IMG/VR virus record: IMGVR_UViG_3300022742_000097 | Span: 1-53,757 of that record | From: a virus | Taxonomy: Duplodnaviria; Caudoviricetes | Length of the DNA stretch: 53,757 nucleotides | Strand: one strand, 5' to 3' | Part shown: in pieces, positions 34,909 to 43,308 of the stretch | How the letters are laid out: every line of letters starts with the position of its first letter | Numbering within the stretch: position 1 is the stretch's first letter | Notes under the pieces: model-generated | What the model saw: only the letters and a program-made list of their open reading frames with translations | The model's database searches: none | What the model was told of the DNA's origin: nothing | Translations under genes and position numbers: made by a program

Positions 34909-35658
34909 ATGTACTTTGCTTACTTTGATGAGACCGGCGATACAGGCATGGGAGACAAGTCTCCGAGCGGAACGTTTGCTCTATCTTGCCTTTTGGTTCA
35001 CGACTCGAATTGGCTTGCCGCGCTCGATCAGACAATTGCATTCAGGCGGTACCTAAAGAACAACTTTCGCATCTCGGCGCGATCAGAGCTCAAGGCCCAT
35101 TGGCTGATCCACAACAAGGGTGGAATCAGAGATGCCCAGCTGAGCTATCAGGCACGTATGGCTGCTTATAGATCAGCGATGAGGTTTCAACGGAAGTGTG
35201 GTCTGTTCACCTCGTTCACCATCCTGATCGATAAGAACAAGATCATGAAGAAGAACACTGACGTCCGCGACTACGCCTGGGGATATGCCATCCAACGCCT
35301 AGAGAGGTTTGGCACCGGCAAGAAAGACAATGTTCATGTGCTTCCAGATGAAGGCCACGGTGAATTTATCCGCCGCAAGATCCGCGCCATGCGTAGGTTT
35401 AACACCGTGCCGGCTGCTTTTGGAGGTGCGCCGTTGGACAGAAAAGCTACAAATCTGGTTGAGGATAGCTCTGACCGCCGGTCGCATGAATCGTACTTCA
35501 CGCAGTTCGCTGACTTGAATGCTTATGCAGCCTTCCGGCGCGTCTACCCTGGCGCTAACTTTGGGGCAGACATTTACGAAGAGCTTGGCGACTGCAGGCT
35601 TAAAGAAGTCAACGCTATCAACGGCGGCCCTGTTGGCCTTGTAGTGTGGCCTAAATAG
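34909..35658 (+). CDS. DUF3800-like (RNase H-like fold) protein
   Basis: YFDETGD N-terminus, ELKA, DEG and QFADL.AY C-terminus; lower GC than the phage core. Confidence 0.8.
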   Translation: MYFAYFDETGDTGMGDKSPSGTFALSCLLVHDSNWLAALDQTIAFRRYLKNNFRISARSELKAHWLIHNKGGIRDAQLSYQARMAAYRSAMRFQRKCGLFTSFTILIDKNKIMKKNTDVRDYAWGYAIQRLERFGTGKKDNVHVLPDEGHGEFIRRKIRAMRRFNTVPAAFGGAPLDRKATNLVEDSSDRRSHESYFTQFADLNAYAAFRRVYPGANFGADIYEELGDCRLKEVNAINGGPVGLVVWPK

Positions 35659-35723
35659 AAAGCCCGCCTTTCGGCGGGCGGGGGAAATCCTACTATCAGG
35701 CAATGGGCCCGACCTCAGATTCC
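35655..35723 (-). ncRNA. Candidate structured small RNA convergent with the DUF3800-like gene
   Basis: TTGATA(35758-35753)-N17-TAGAGT(35735-35730) promoter; nested stems; GCCCGCC-GAAA-GGCGGGC-UUUCU terminator. Confidence 0.65.
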
Positions 35724-35809
35724 GAGGAAACTCTAACCTATTACGCGCGCGATATCAAGTTTTAAGACGGCGGTCAACCTTGACAGCCAGCTTCCTCATG
35801 CGCCACCGG

Positions 35810-35832
35810 AGCCCCGCTACAGCGGGGTTTTT
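35810..35832 (+). terminator. Terminator of the cI-DUF3800 unit
   Basis: GCCCCGCT-AC-AGCGGGGT followed by a T run. Confidence 0.75.
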
Positions 35833-35883
35833 AGTGTCTGGCTGGAGTTCATGAACGCGTTCATGGTCCGCTGAGTAAGCGCG

Positions 35884-35923
35884 GTAAATCTTAGTTGACT
35901 GCAGTAGTCAATGATGATTTACT
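35884..35923 (+). promoter_or_regulatory. OL operators and PL
   Basis: GTAAATCTTAGTTGAC (35884) and GTCAATGATGATTTAC (35907), same 23-bp offset as OR; TTGACT-N17-TTTACT. Confidence 0.8.
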
Positions 35924-35960
35924 TACTCCCACGCCCCACCCCGGGGCATGGGAGATCGGG

Positions 35961-36293
35961 ATGGCACTTCAACTCCACACGATGAGCCGGTCCGCGCAGC
36001 GGGCCTACGACGACCAGGCGCCGGACTTCGCGGCGTGGGAGCGCGCTGAGGCTATCGAAGCCCGCGCCCTGGACATGCTGTCGGACCGTGACCAGCGCCG
36101 CGAGATCGCAGCCGACGTGCTGCCGTTCGAGCTGGACGGCGAGTGGTTCACGGACGCGACCGACGCGCTGATCCAGCTTGACGGGAAGCACCCGGACGAC
36201 CTGCTGGGCTCGCAGCTGCTGGCGGACCTGTACCGCCTCGCCAAGGTCGCCCGCACTGCTGCGCTGGAAGCTGCACGGGAGCTTGCGGCATGA
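35961..36293 (+). CDS. First PL-operon hypothetical protein
   Basis: GGAG SD; coupled to the next gene. Confidence 0.7.
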   Translation: MALQLHTMSRSAQRAYDDQAPDFAAWERAEAIEARALDMLSDRDQRREIAADVLPFELDGEWFTDATDALIQLDGKHPDDLLGSQLLADLYRLAKVARTAALEAARELAA

Positions 36294-36529
36294 GCGCGCT
36301 GAAATTCGACGTGCTGGACCTGATCCGGGAGCCGGACAACTACCTTCCCGGCGAGCGGGCTAAGGCGGCGGAGGTCATTTGTCAGGCAAAACAGGCTGGA
36401 ACTCTGCTGGCGAATATCGCCTACAACCTCGCGCAGGACGAGAGCCTGCCCGATAGCACGCGCTGGTCGTTGGACGATGCACGCAAGCGCTGGGACGACG
36501 TTGTCGCCCGCTTCGGAGGTACCGAGTGA
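36290..36529 (+). CDS. Hypothetical protein
   Basis: Overlapping start/stop coupling at both ends. Confidence 0.65.
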   Translation: MSALKFDVLDLIREPDNYLPGERAKAAEVICQAKQAGTLLANIAYNLAQDESLPDSTRWSLDDARKRWDDVVARFGGTE

Positions 36530-36861
36530 GCACACACAAGCACACGCCGGGGCCGTGGCACGCCGACGTGGATGACCTTGATCCCTCTGGCTTCATCATC
36601 ACCAGCCAGCAACGTCCATACGTCGCCACTGTACACGCAGGGAAGCACAACACCTGCGAAGCCAACGCCCGCCTTATCGCCGCAGTTCCGGAGCTGCTGG
36701 AGGCGCTGATCGCCCTGCTGCCGCACGTTGAGCATCACGATAGCTGCGGCGACCACGATGCCTACAACAACGTTGAGGTTCAGACGTGCGGCTGTGGATT
36801 GGACGCGGCCGTTGAGTACGCCCGTTCCGCCATCGTCAAGGCCACGGGAGAGCCGGTATGA
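36526..36861 (+). CDS. Conserved phage protein
   Basis: KHTPGPW...ANARLIAA.PELLEAL. Confidence 0.8.
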   Translation: MSTHKHTPGPWHADVDDLDPSGFIITSQQRPYVATVHAGKHNTCEANARLIAAVPELLEALIALLPHVEHHDSCGDHDAYNNVEVQTCGCGLDAAVEYARSAIVKATGEPV

Positions 36862-36976
36862 GCATCGAGCAGGCCGTAACCGCCGCGGCGAAGCAGACCG
36901 CGCGCGACATGATCGTCATCGCTGTGCTGGCTTTCCTAGCTGGCGCTGGGTTCGCGCTGCTGCTGGGAGCGATGGC

Positions 36977-37252
36977 ATGAGCGAGAGCATTGATGTTTTG
37001 GCTGTGCTGCGATGGCAGCATCATATTATCAAGAGGCTCCACGAGGTCTCTGGCGGCGTAGATCACGCACTTGATCTCGAAGACGCGGAGCTTGCAGCCG
37101 CAGCCGTCGCCGAGCTGCTGATGGACCTGCACCGCATCCGTGATCGCGCCACCGCACACCCGGGCGACACCGACGCAGACCGCAAGCGCGATCTTCAGCA
37201 TGTTGTGGCACTTGCCAACCAAGCCCTCTCCCGCGTGCGAGGTGCCGCATGA
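36977..37252 (+). CDS. Hypothetical protein
   Basis: Coupled ORF with AAVAELL...ALSRV. Confidence 0.6.
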   Translation: MSESIDVLAVLRWQHHIIKRLHEVSGGVDHALDLEDAELAAAAVAELLMDLHRIRDRATAHPGDTDADRKRDLQHVVALANQALSRVRGAA

Positions 37253-37459
37253 AGCGCCTCGCCTGGTCCGTCCTCGGCTACTCGGCAATGACCGCCATGT
37301 ACCTGACCGCGCTGTGGTGCGCAGTGCAGGTGCAGCCGTGACGCCCCGTATCCCGACCGACGCCGACATAGCGGCCGTCGTGTTCCCGCCGATCACCCCG
37401 CCCGATCCGCTTGCCGAGTTGGAGGCAGCCGAGGGCATCTGCGCACAGGAGAGTGAGGA

Positions 37460-37708
37460 ATGAAGAACGTCGCTCCGCTCGCAATGTGGCTGCTGGTAAC
37501 GCTGTTCCTTGCTGCCACATCCGCGCTGCTGTTCTACGTGCAGTTGAACGCCTTCGCTGTCACTTCCGGCGTCCTGACTGTGTTCGCGGCGCTTATGACC
37601 TACGACGAGTTCCACATCTACCGCCGCAACCGGAAGCGCGAGCCGCGAGTAGAGCCGCCGACTCGCATTCCAGGCTACCCCGAGCAACCCAAGCGTCCGA
37701 TTCGATAG
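37460..37708 (+). CDS. Small two-TM membrane protein
   Basis: Two hydrophobic helices and a basic tail. Confidence 0.6.
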   Translation: MKNVAPLAMWLLVTLFLAATSALLFYVQLNAFAVTSGVLTVFAALMTYDEFHIYRRNRKREPRVEPPTRIPGYPEQPKRPIR

Positions 37709-38046
37709 GAGAGCGACATGAGCAAGAACAAGTACGTGATCCGCACGACCGCCGCGACCGGCAAGCGCACCCGGCACTACTTCGACAGCCGGGACAAGGC
37801 GCGCGAGTTCTGCCGAGTGTACCTGCTGCCGCAGACTCGGATCGCAAGGAACTGACCGACTACGGAGAGGAATGCGCAGGCTGATGCGCGCCAATTGTCA
37901 TTCCCGCTATGGGCATTGGCTCCGCAGCTGAGGAAAGCCGGAGACCAGCACCGGCCCTCTCCACCCAATCCCCTGCCCTGCTCCCCACAGGGCAACCCCG
38001 CGCCGGCCGGGGCTCCCCAAAGCCGGCAACTATTCGAAGGAAGGAC

Positions 38047-39024
38047 ATGAACGCAGTCGTCCAACAAGAAGAGCGCCAGATCGCTCCGTATCAGGCCGCT
38101 ATCCAGCGCGCCAAAGATCGATTCGGCAAGGTAGCGGCACAGACGGTCAACTACGACCGTGAGTCGATCTTCGCCATGCAGGCTCTGATGAAGACCGACT
38201 TCGCCATGCAGACGGCGAACCGCAACCCAAACTCGGTCCACTTGGCGATGATCAACGTTGCCAGCACCGGGCTGACTTTGAACCCTGCCAATGGCTACGC
38301 GTACTTGGTTCCGCGTGACGGCGCTATCGTCCTGGACATCAGCTACAAGGGCCTGATCAAGATCGCCACCGATACCGGATCGGTCGAGTGGGCGCGTGCG
38401 GATGTTGTCTACGAGGCCGACACGTTCGTCTATCACGGCCCAGCCGCAGCGCCCGAGCATACGGCCGACCCGTTCAAGCGTGACCGTGGCGAGATCGTCG
38501 GCGTCTACTGCATCGCGCGCACGAAGCAAGGCGACGTGCTGACGGAAGTCATGGACCGCGAGGAACTGGAGAAGATCCGGGGCAAGTCACAAGCCTACGT
38601 GAAGCAGAACAAGGGACCGTGGGTCGAGTGGTTTGAGCAGATGTGCAAGAAGGCGGTGATCAAGCGCGCGTCCAAGACGTGGCCCTACACCGACCAGAAC
38701 GACAGGATCGGAAGCGCCATCGAAATTGCCAATGCATCCGAAGGCGGCTACGACCTGGAATCGGAAGAAGAGAAGCTCCACAAGCGCCGGCAGCAGCATG
38801 ACGCCGCGCTGGGTCGCCACTACGCAAGCATCGACTCCATCAAGGCCGAACTGTCCAAAGATGACCCGGACATGCACGCCGTGGCCGAAACGTGGGGCGA
38901 AATTCCGCAGGACGACCAGATGGCGCTTTGGCTGGCTCCGACCAAGGGCGGTTGCTTCACGACCGCAGAACGGACGGCAATCAAGAGCGGGATTCCGCGC
39001 GTAGCGAATGGGGAGAACAGCTAA
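38047..39024 (+). CDS. recT: RecT/Redbeta-family single-strand annealing protein
   Basis: GLTLNP..GYAYLVP, ISYKGL, VYEADTF and [12 protein letters not shown] motifs. Confidence 0.92.
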   Translation: MNAVVQQEERQIAPYQAAIQRAKDRFGKVAAQTVNYDRESIFAMQALMKTDFAMQTANRNPNSVHLAMINVASTGLTLNPANGYAYLVPRDGAIVLDISYKGLIKIATDTGSVEWARADVVYEADTFVYHGPAAAPEHTADPFKRDRGEIVGVYCIARTKQGDVLTEVMDREELEKIRGKSQAYVKQNKGPWVEWFEQMCKKAVIKRASKTWPYTDQNDRIGSAIEIANASEGGYDLESEEEKLHKRRQQHDAALGRHYASIDSIKAELSKDDPDMHAVAETWGEIPQDDQMALWLAPTKGGCFTTAERTAIKSGIPRVANGENS

Positions 39025-39467
39025 TGGCCCGGGGCATCAACAAAGTCATCCTGGTCGGCAACCTCGGCAACGATCCGGATACGAAGCACACCCAGAGCGG
39101 CATGGCCGTGACCCGCATAAGCCTCGCCACCACCAGCGTTCGCAAGGACAAGGACGGCAACCAGCAGGAACGCACCGAATGGCACCGCGTGGTGTTCTTC
39201 GGAAAGCTCGGCGAGATCGCCGGCGAGTACCTGCGCAAGGGCTCGCAGGTCTATGTCGAAGGTTCGTTGAAGTACGACAAGTTTACCGGGCAGGACGGCG
39301 TAGAGAAGTACACCACCGACATTGTGGCGAACGAGTTGCAGATGCTCGGCGGACGTCAGGAGGGCGGCGAGCAGCGCCCGCAGTCCCAGCGCCCCGCCCG
39401 TCAGCAGGCAGCGCCGACCGCGCGCCAGACGATGGACGACTTCGCTGACGACTCGATCCCGTTCTGA
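39024..39467 (+). CDS. ssb: Single-stranded DNA-binding protein
   Basis: [35 protein letters not shown]-terminal DDSIPF. Confidence 0.96.
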   Translation: MARGINKVILVGNLGNDPDTKHTQSGMAVTRISLATTSVRKDKDGNQQERTEWHRVVFFGKLGEIAGEYLRKGSQVYVEGSLKYDKFTGQDGVEKYTTDIVANELQMLGGRQEGGEQRPQSQRPARQQAAPTARQTMDDFADDSIPF

Positions 39468-39549
39468 TCTACGGGGCCGGTCCGTTGTGGACTCACGGCG
39501 GTGAACCGACTCGGCCGAGTACCGGCCCCACCCTCTAGGAGCAAGCAGC

Positions 39550-39927
39550 ATGAACAACGTGCGCCGCCCTTGCCCAGACTGCGGCAATGAGGCAGAGCTG
39601 GTCACGGGTAAGGAGGTGTATCCGCACCGCCCTGACTTGCACAGAAAGCCATTCTGGGCCTGCCTTCCCTGCAAGACGTGGACGGGATGCCACCCGGGGA
39701 CCACTACACGCATGGGGCGACTTGCCAACGCTGAAACTCGTCGCTTGAAGATGGCCGCACACGCAGCGTTTGACCCGATCTGGAAGTCGCGCCGTATGAG
39801 CCGTGGGGCCGCCTACGCGTGGCTCAGAAAGCAAACCGGCCTCTCTGAAAGAGATTGCCACATGGGATGGATGAGCGACGCGGACCTTATCCGCGTGGTC
39901 GAAATCTGCAAAGGAGTAACCGCATGA
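39550..39927 (+). CDS. DUF3268-like zinc-finger protein
   Basis: CPDC...C..C...GCHPGT..GRLA...AH.AFDP.W...AY.WL...CH.G. Confidence 0.8.
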   Translation: MNNVRRPCPDCGNEAELVTGKEVYPHRPDLHRKPFWACLPCKTWTGCHPGTTTRMGRLANAETRRLKMAAHAAFDPIWKSRRMSRGAAYAWLRKQTGLSERDCHMGWMSDADLIRVVEICKGVTA

Positions 39928-41177
39928 ACGCGCACAACGAGCAACAGTGGCCCGAATACCTGATGCTACGCGACACCTGTCTGTCTGATGACGCTGGCGG
40001 GCTTGGCCAACGAATCTTCACGACGGCAGGTGCAGGCTACGAGAAGCGGAAATACATTCGCGCGGACCTTGCCGCCCAGCCATCGCCAGTAGTCAAGCAA
40101 AACTTGACTACTCATCCCGCCGCAGCGCAGGAGGCGGTTGCTTGGCAGTGGCGGAGTCTACGTGCCGAAACAGGCTGGAAGGACTGCACCCGAGCCGTAT
40201 ACGAAGTTTTCCGCCGGAACGGGCTGCACTATGAGGTACGCCAGCTCTACGCCGCCCCCGTCACCGCAACGCCGCCCGACCACACCTGCAAGCGTTGCCG
40301 CGGCTCTGGCAAAGTGCGGGCCGGCGAAGGTACGTGGCCGGATGCCGTCGAAGTGGATGTGGACTGCCCGGTGTGTGGCGGAATCGGTGTAATCGACCGC
40401 CCCCCAGCAGCGCCGGGGATCGACCTGCGCTCAAATATGCTGCGGCTTGCCGAGAAATGGGAAAAGCAAGCTGCCGAGCATGGTGTGCGCCAGTTCACCG
40501 GCAACGATCACAGACTGTTTGCCAACGAACTTCGCGCGCAGATCGACGCCATCCCCAAGGGCGACGAGGCGCAACAGGCTGCCGCGCAAGCTATCGCCAT
40601 CGTGCATATGGGCGGTTACCGCTGGAACGGGCAGCACTGGCAGAAGGACAGCCCCAAGGGCGCGCTGAACGAACAGTTCGGAAGCGCCGAAGGGTTGGAC
40701 AGCCCCAAGGGTGCCGTGGCTTGGCACATCCAGCACCCCGACGGCCTGGTGTCTCTCCGGAAGCGGGAAGGCGTCGATGACGACATGCGCGCGCAGGCCG
40801 CTGAGGACGGGATCGTCATTCGCCCGCTGGTGTTCGGCGACGCCGGCACGGCCAGCCCCAAGGGCGCCTTGCCGGCGTTGCCTGACGATTTCAGTGAATC
40901 GAAGGACTGGCGTGCCGGCAGTTATGCAGAGCGCGTCGAGTGGCTGATGGATACTGTACGCAGCCAGCGTGAGCATATCGGTGATCTGCTGGACAGCCCC
41001 AAGGGCGGCAGCGAGGCGCGGGATGCTGCACGGTATCGGTGGCTGCGGGAGTTCGCTGTCAACGGATCAATCGGAATCCCGTTTCACGGGTGGTTGAACT
41101 GTGACGAACCCGCGAGCGAGTGGGATTCGGCCATAGACGCCGCCATGCAGGCCGGCGATGCGGAGGTGCAGCCGTGA
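39924..41177 (+). CDS. Modular accessory protein with DSPKG linkers
   Basis: 417 aa patchwork: CxxCxG zinc module, five PKG linkers, DAARYRWLR module. Confidence 0.8.
   Translation: MNAHNEQQWPEYLMLRDTCLSDDAGGLGQRIFTTAGAGYEKRKYIRADLAAQPSPVVKQNLTTHPAAAQEAVAWQWRSLRAETGWKDCTRAVYEVFRRNGLHYEVRQLYAAPVTATPPDHTCKRCRGSGKVRAGEGTWPDAVEVDVDCPVCGGIGVIDRPPAAPGIDLRSNMLRLAEKWEKQAAEHGVRQFTGNDHRLFANELRAQIDAIPKGDEAQQAAAQAIAIVHMGGYRWNGQHWQKDSPKGALNEQFGSAEGLDSPKGAVAWHIQHPDGLVSLRKREGVDDDMRAQAAEDGIVIRPLVFGDAGTASPKGALPALPDDFSESKDWRAGSYAERVEWLMDTVRSQREHIGDLLDSPKGGSEARDAARYRWLREFAVNGSIGIPFHGWLNCDEPASEWDSAIDAAMQAGDAEVQP
40551..41006 (+). repeat. Five in-frame (GAC)AGCCCCAAGGG repeats with unrelated spacers
   Basis: CCC codons at 40554, 40653, 40704, 40857 and 40998. 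Confidence 0.85.
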
Positions 41178-41422
41178 TGCGCCGGTTCGTGGACGCGCCG
41201 AGCGACGAGCGGTGTCGGTGGACCCGAACCCTTCGTGATGGCAGCGATGCCCAGTGCGGCAGGCGCCAGACCATCGGCAACCTGTGCACCCAGCACGGCA
41301 AGATCGACGCGCGATGGAGCTGCGACTACTGCGGCGGGAACGATGAGTTCCCTCGACAGCACACGATGGACTGCACTAGCCCGCAGGCCAACAGCCACGG
41401 CGCGGGGGTGGATCGTGGCTGA
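41177..41422 (+). CDS. Cys/His-rich small protein
   Basis: C...C...C..H and CDYC...H..C; GGAGG SD. Confidence 0.65.
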   Translation: MRRFVDAPSDERCRWTRTLRDGSDAQCGRRQTIGNLCTQHGKIDARWSCDYCGGNDEFPRQHTMDCTSPQANSHGAGVDRG

Positions 41423-41609
41423 TCCCATCCGCATCACGCCCCAGAAGGTCGGCTCCGGCTGGGCCTGCCCCAGCTGTGGTGCTAGGCACTTGGTGAGCAT
41501 CTACGTGTCGCTGCACATGCGCGAGGGGCTCGCCCACACCTGCCCGTGCGGTCAGAAGGCCGTCGTCCAGAACTGGAAGGTGATCCCGAAGGCGGTGCGC
41601 CATGGCTGA
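41415..41609 (+). CDS. Small zinc-ribbon protein
   Basis: CPSC...CPCG. Confidence 0.6.
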   Translation: MADPIRITPQKVGSGWACPSCGARHLVSIYVSLHMREGLAHTCPCGQKAVVQNWKVIPKAVRHG

Positions 41610-41919
41610 CCTGATGCAGCAGGCCCGGGAGTTCCTTGCTGTTGCGCATGAAAATGCTGGCGATCCGTTGTCGGCCGAGGCCGTGCGCAAAGGCTGGAAC
41701 CCTGTGCCGGCCGTGGAGCTGGCAGCCATCGCCGCCGCCCTGCGCGCCGCGCCGGAGGGGTGGAGTTTCCAGCGGCAGGAAGATGGGTCGATAGTTGTAA
41801 TGGCTGAACGCTACGGCGCCGTGCATGTGCGCCCTGACGACAGCGATAGCATCGCCGCTGCGGTGCTGCATCGCCTCGCCAGCGACCTGCTCGCCGCCCG
41901 CCCGCAGGGGGTGAGGTGA
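41602..41919 (+). CDS. Modular protein sharing linkers with 32388-32762
   Basis: MADLMQQARE, AIAAALR.APE and RPQ are shared. Confidence 0.75.
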   Translation: MADLMQQAREFLAVAHENAGDPLSAEAVRKGWNPVPAVELAAIAAALRAAPEGWSFQRQEDGSIVVMAERYGAVHVRPDDSDSIAAAVLHRLASDLLAARPQGVR

Positions 41920-42446
41920 TGGCGGACGGCATGCACCCATATGCTTCACGCCCCGAGGCTGGCACCCACGTGTGGCTGACGCCGCCGGCAATCATCAAGG
42001 CACTCGGCCCATTCGATCTGGACCCGTGCGCTGCGCCGTCGCCGCGTCCATGGCCCACCGCGGCGAAGCACATCGAGCTGCCCGAGGATGGGCTGGCTGC
42101 GAGCTGGCATGGGCGCGTGTGGTGCAACCCGCCGTTCGGCAAGCACACGCAAGCGTGGCTGCAGCGCATGGCCGAGCACGGCAACGGCATCGCACTGGCG
42201 TTCGCCCGCACCGAGACGGCGATGTTCCGTCGCTGGGTCTGGCCGCACGCGTCCGGCGTGCTGTTCCTCGCTGGCCGGCCGAACTTCCATTATCCCGATG
42301 GCACACGCGCCCGAGGCAACAGCGGCGGGCCGATTTGCCTGATCGCCTACGGCGAGGACAACCGCAGCGCGCTGCAACAGTCTGGACTACATGGGGCTTT
42401 GGTCGCGCTCGTAGCGGACAGCCCGCAGGAGGCGAGCGATGCGTGA
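41916..42446 (+). CDS. Phage DNA N6-adenine methyltransferase (Dam-type)
   Basis: WLTPP, FDLDPCA, DGL, VWCNPPF and ARTET motifs. Confidence 0.88.
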   Translation: MMADGMHPYASRPEAGTHVWLTPPAIIKALGPFDLDPCAAPSPRPWPTAAKHIELPEDGLAASWHGRVWCNPPFGKHTQAWLQRMAEHGNGIALAFARTETAMFRRWVWPHASGVLFLAGRPNFHYPDGTRARGNSGGPICLIAYGEDNRSALQQSGLHGALVALVADSPQEASDA

Positions 42447-42636
42447 CGCCGAGCATGACAAGCACCTCGCGCGGGTCTACCTCACCGAAGCGCGCAGCCG
42501 GCGCAATGGCGCGATCAACAGCAACTTCTACTGGACCCTGCTGCGATGGGCGGCAAACGCCCGGCGCCGCGCCGCTCGGCTTCCGGAGCCCGCTCCGCCG
42601 CCGCCCTCCCCGGCCCAGCTGGAGCTGTTCGCATGA
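42439..42636 (+). CDS. Hypothetical protein
   Basis: Coupled; LARVYL.EAR.RR...WAANARRRA; ends QLELFA (beta-clamp-motif-like). Confidence 0.65.
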   Translation: MRDAEHDKHLARVYLTEARSRRNGAINSNFYWTLLRWAANARRRAARLPEPAPPPPSPAQLELFA

Positions 42637-42679
42637 CCCGTAGCATGACCCCCAACCTGCAACGCAGTGGAGGTAGCCG

Positions 42680-43117
42680 ATGAGCAGTTTGGTTGAGCGC
42701 GCCAAGGATCTGGCTCACCGTGCCCATGCCGGGCAGGTGGACAAGGCTGGGCGCCCATACATCGAGCACGTGTCGCGCGTGGCATCTGCGGTCTCCGATG
42801 ATCCCGAAGCCGAGACTGTGGCGTGGCTGCATGATGTGCTGGAGGATTGCGACTCGGTTTTCGCCGCGGAGATTCGTCATCTTTTCCCGTTGAGCATCTA
42901 CTGTGCGATCGTGGTCCTCACGCGGCGCAAGGGCGGCTCAGACAAAAGCTATTACGAAGGAGTCCGGCTCAACCCGCTTCCCCTGCGCGTCAAGATGGCC
43001 GACATAGACGACAACGCCAATGAGAAACGGCTGGCTCTACTGGATGACAAGACCGCAACCCGGCTTCGCAGGAAGTACGCCCTGGCACGGAAGATGCTGG
43101 ATGGAGGTAGCCGATGA
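42680..43117 (+). CDS. HD-domain protein, RelA/SpoT/Mesh1 hydrolase-like
   Basis: AH.GQ.DK.G.PYI.H, LHDVLED and VK.AD..DN motifs. Confidence 0.85.
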   Translation: MSSLVERAKDLAHRAHAGQVDKAGRPYIEHVSRVASAVSDDPEAETVAWLHDVLEDCDSVFAAEIRHLFPLSIYCAIVVLTRRKGGSDKSYYEGVRLNPLPLRVKMADIDDNANEKRLALLDDKTATRLRRKYALARKMLDGGSR

Positions 43118-43308
43118 GCGAACTGCAGCTCCTGCGGCGCGATGACGTGTTGAAGAAGGTCGGCATCAGCAAATCGACGCTGTACAAGCTGATCGCCACC
43201 GATGGCTTCCCAGCCTCAATCCCCGTAGGCGGGTCGGTGGCATGGGTGGAGTCCGAGGTCGATGCCTGGATCATCGCCAGGATGGAGAAGCGGGGTCAGG
43301 CAGCCTGA
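43114..43308 (+). CDS. AlpA-family excisionase/regulator
   Basis: LLR..DV....GISKSTLYKLI...FP......SVAW.ESEV.AWI. Confidence 0.9.
   Translation: MSELQLLRRDDVLKKVGISKSTLYKLIATDGFPASIPVGGSVAWVESEVDAWIIARMEKRGQAA

Noticed and set aside
39473-39532. Phage tRNA
   Set aside because: About 60 nt with no TTC T loop or proper anticodon arm; kept only as a structured element
40551-41006. CRISPR array interpretation of the repeat-spacer pattern
   Set aside because: Repeats are only 11-15 nt, periods vary from 51 to 153 nt, all are in frame in a CDS, and no cas genes are present
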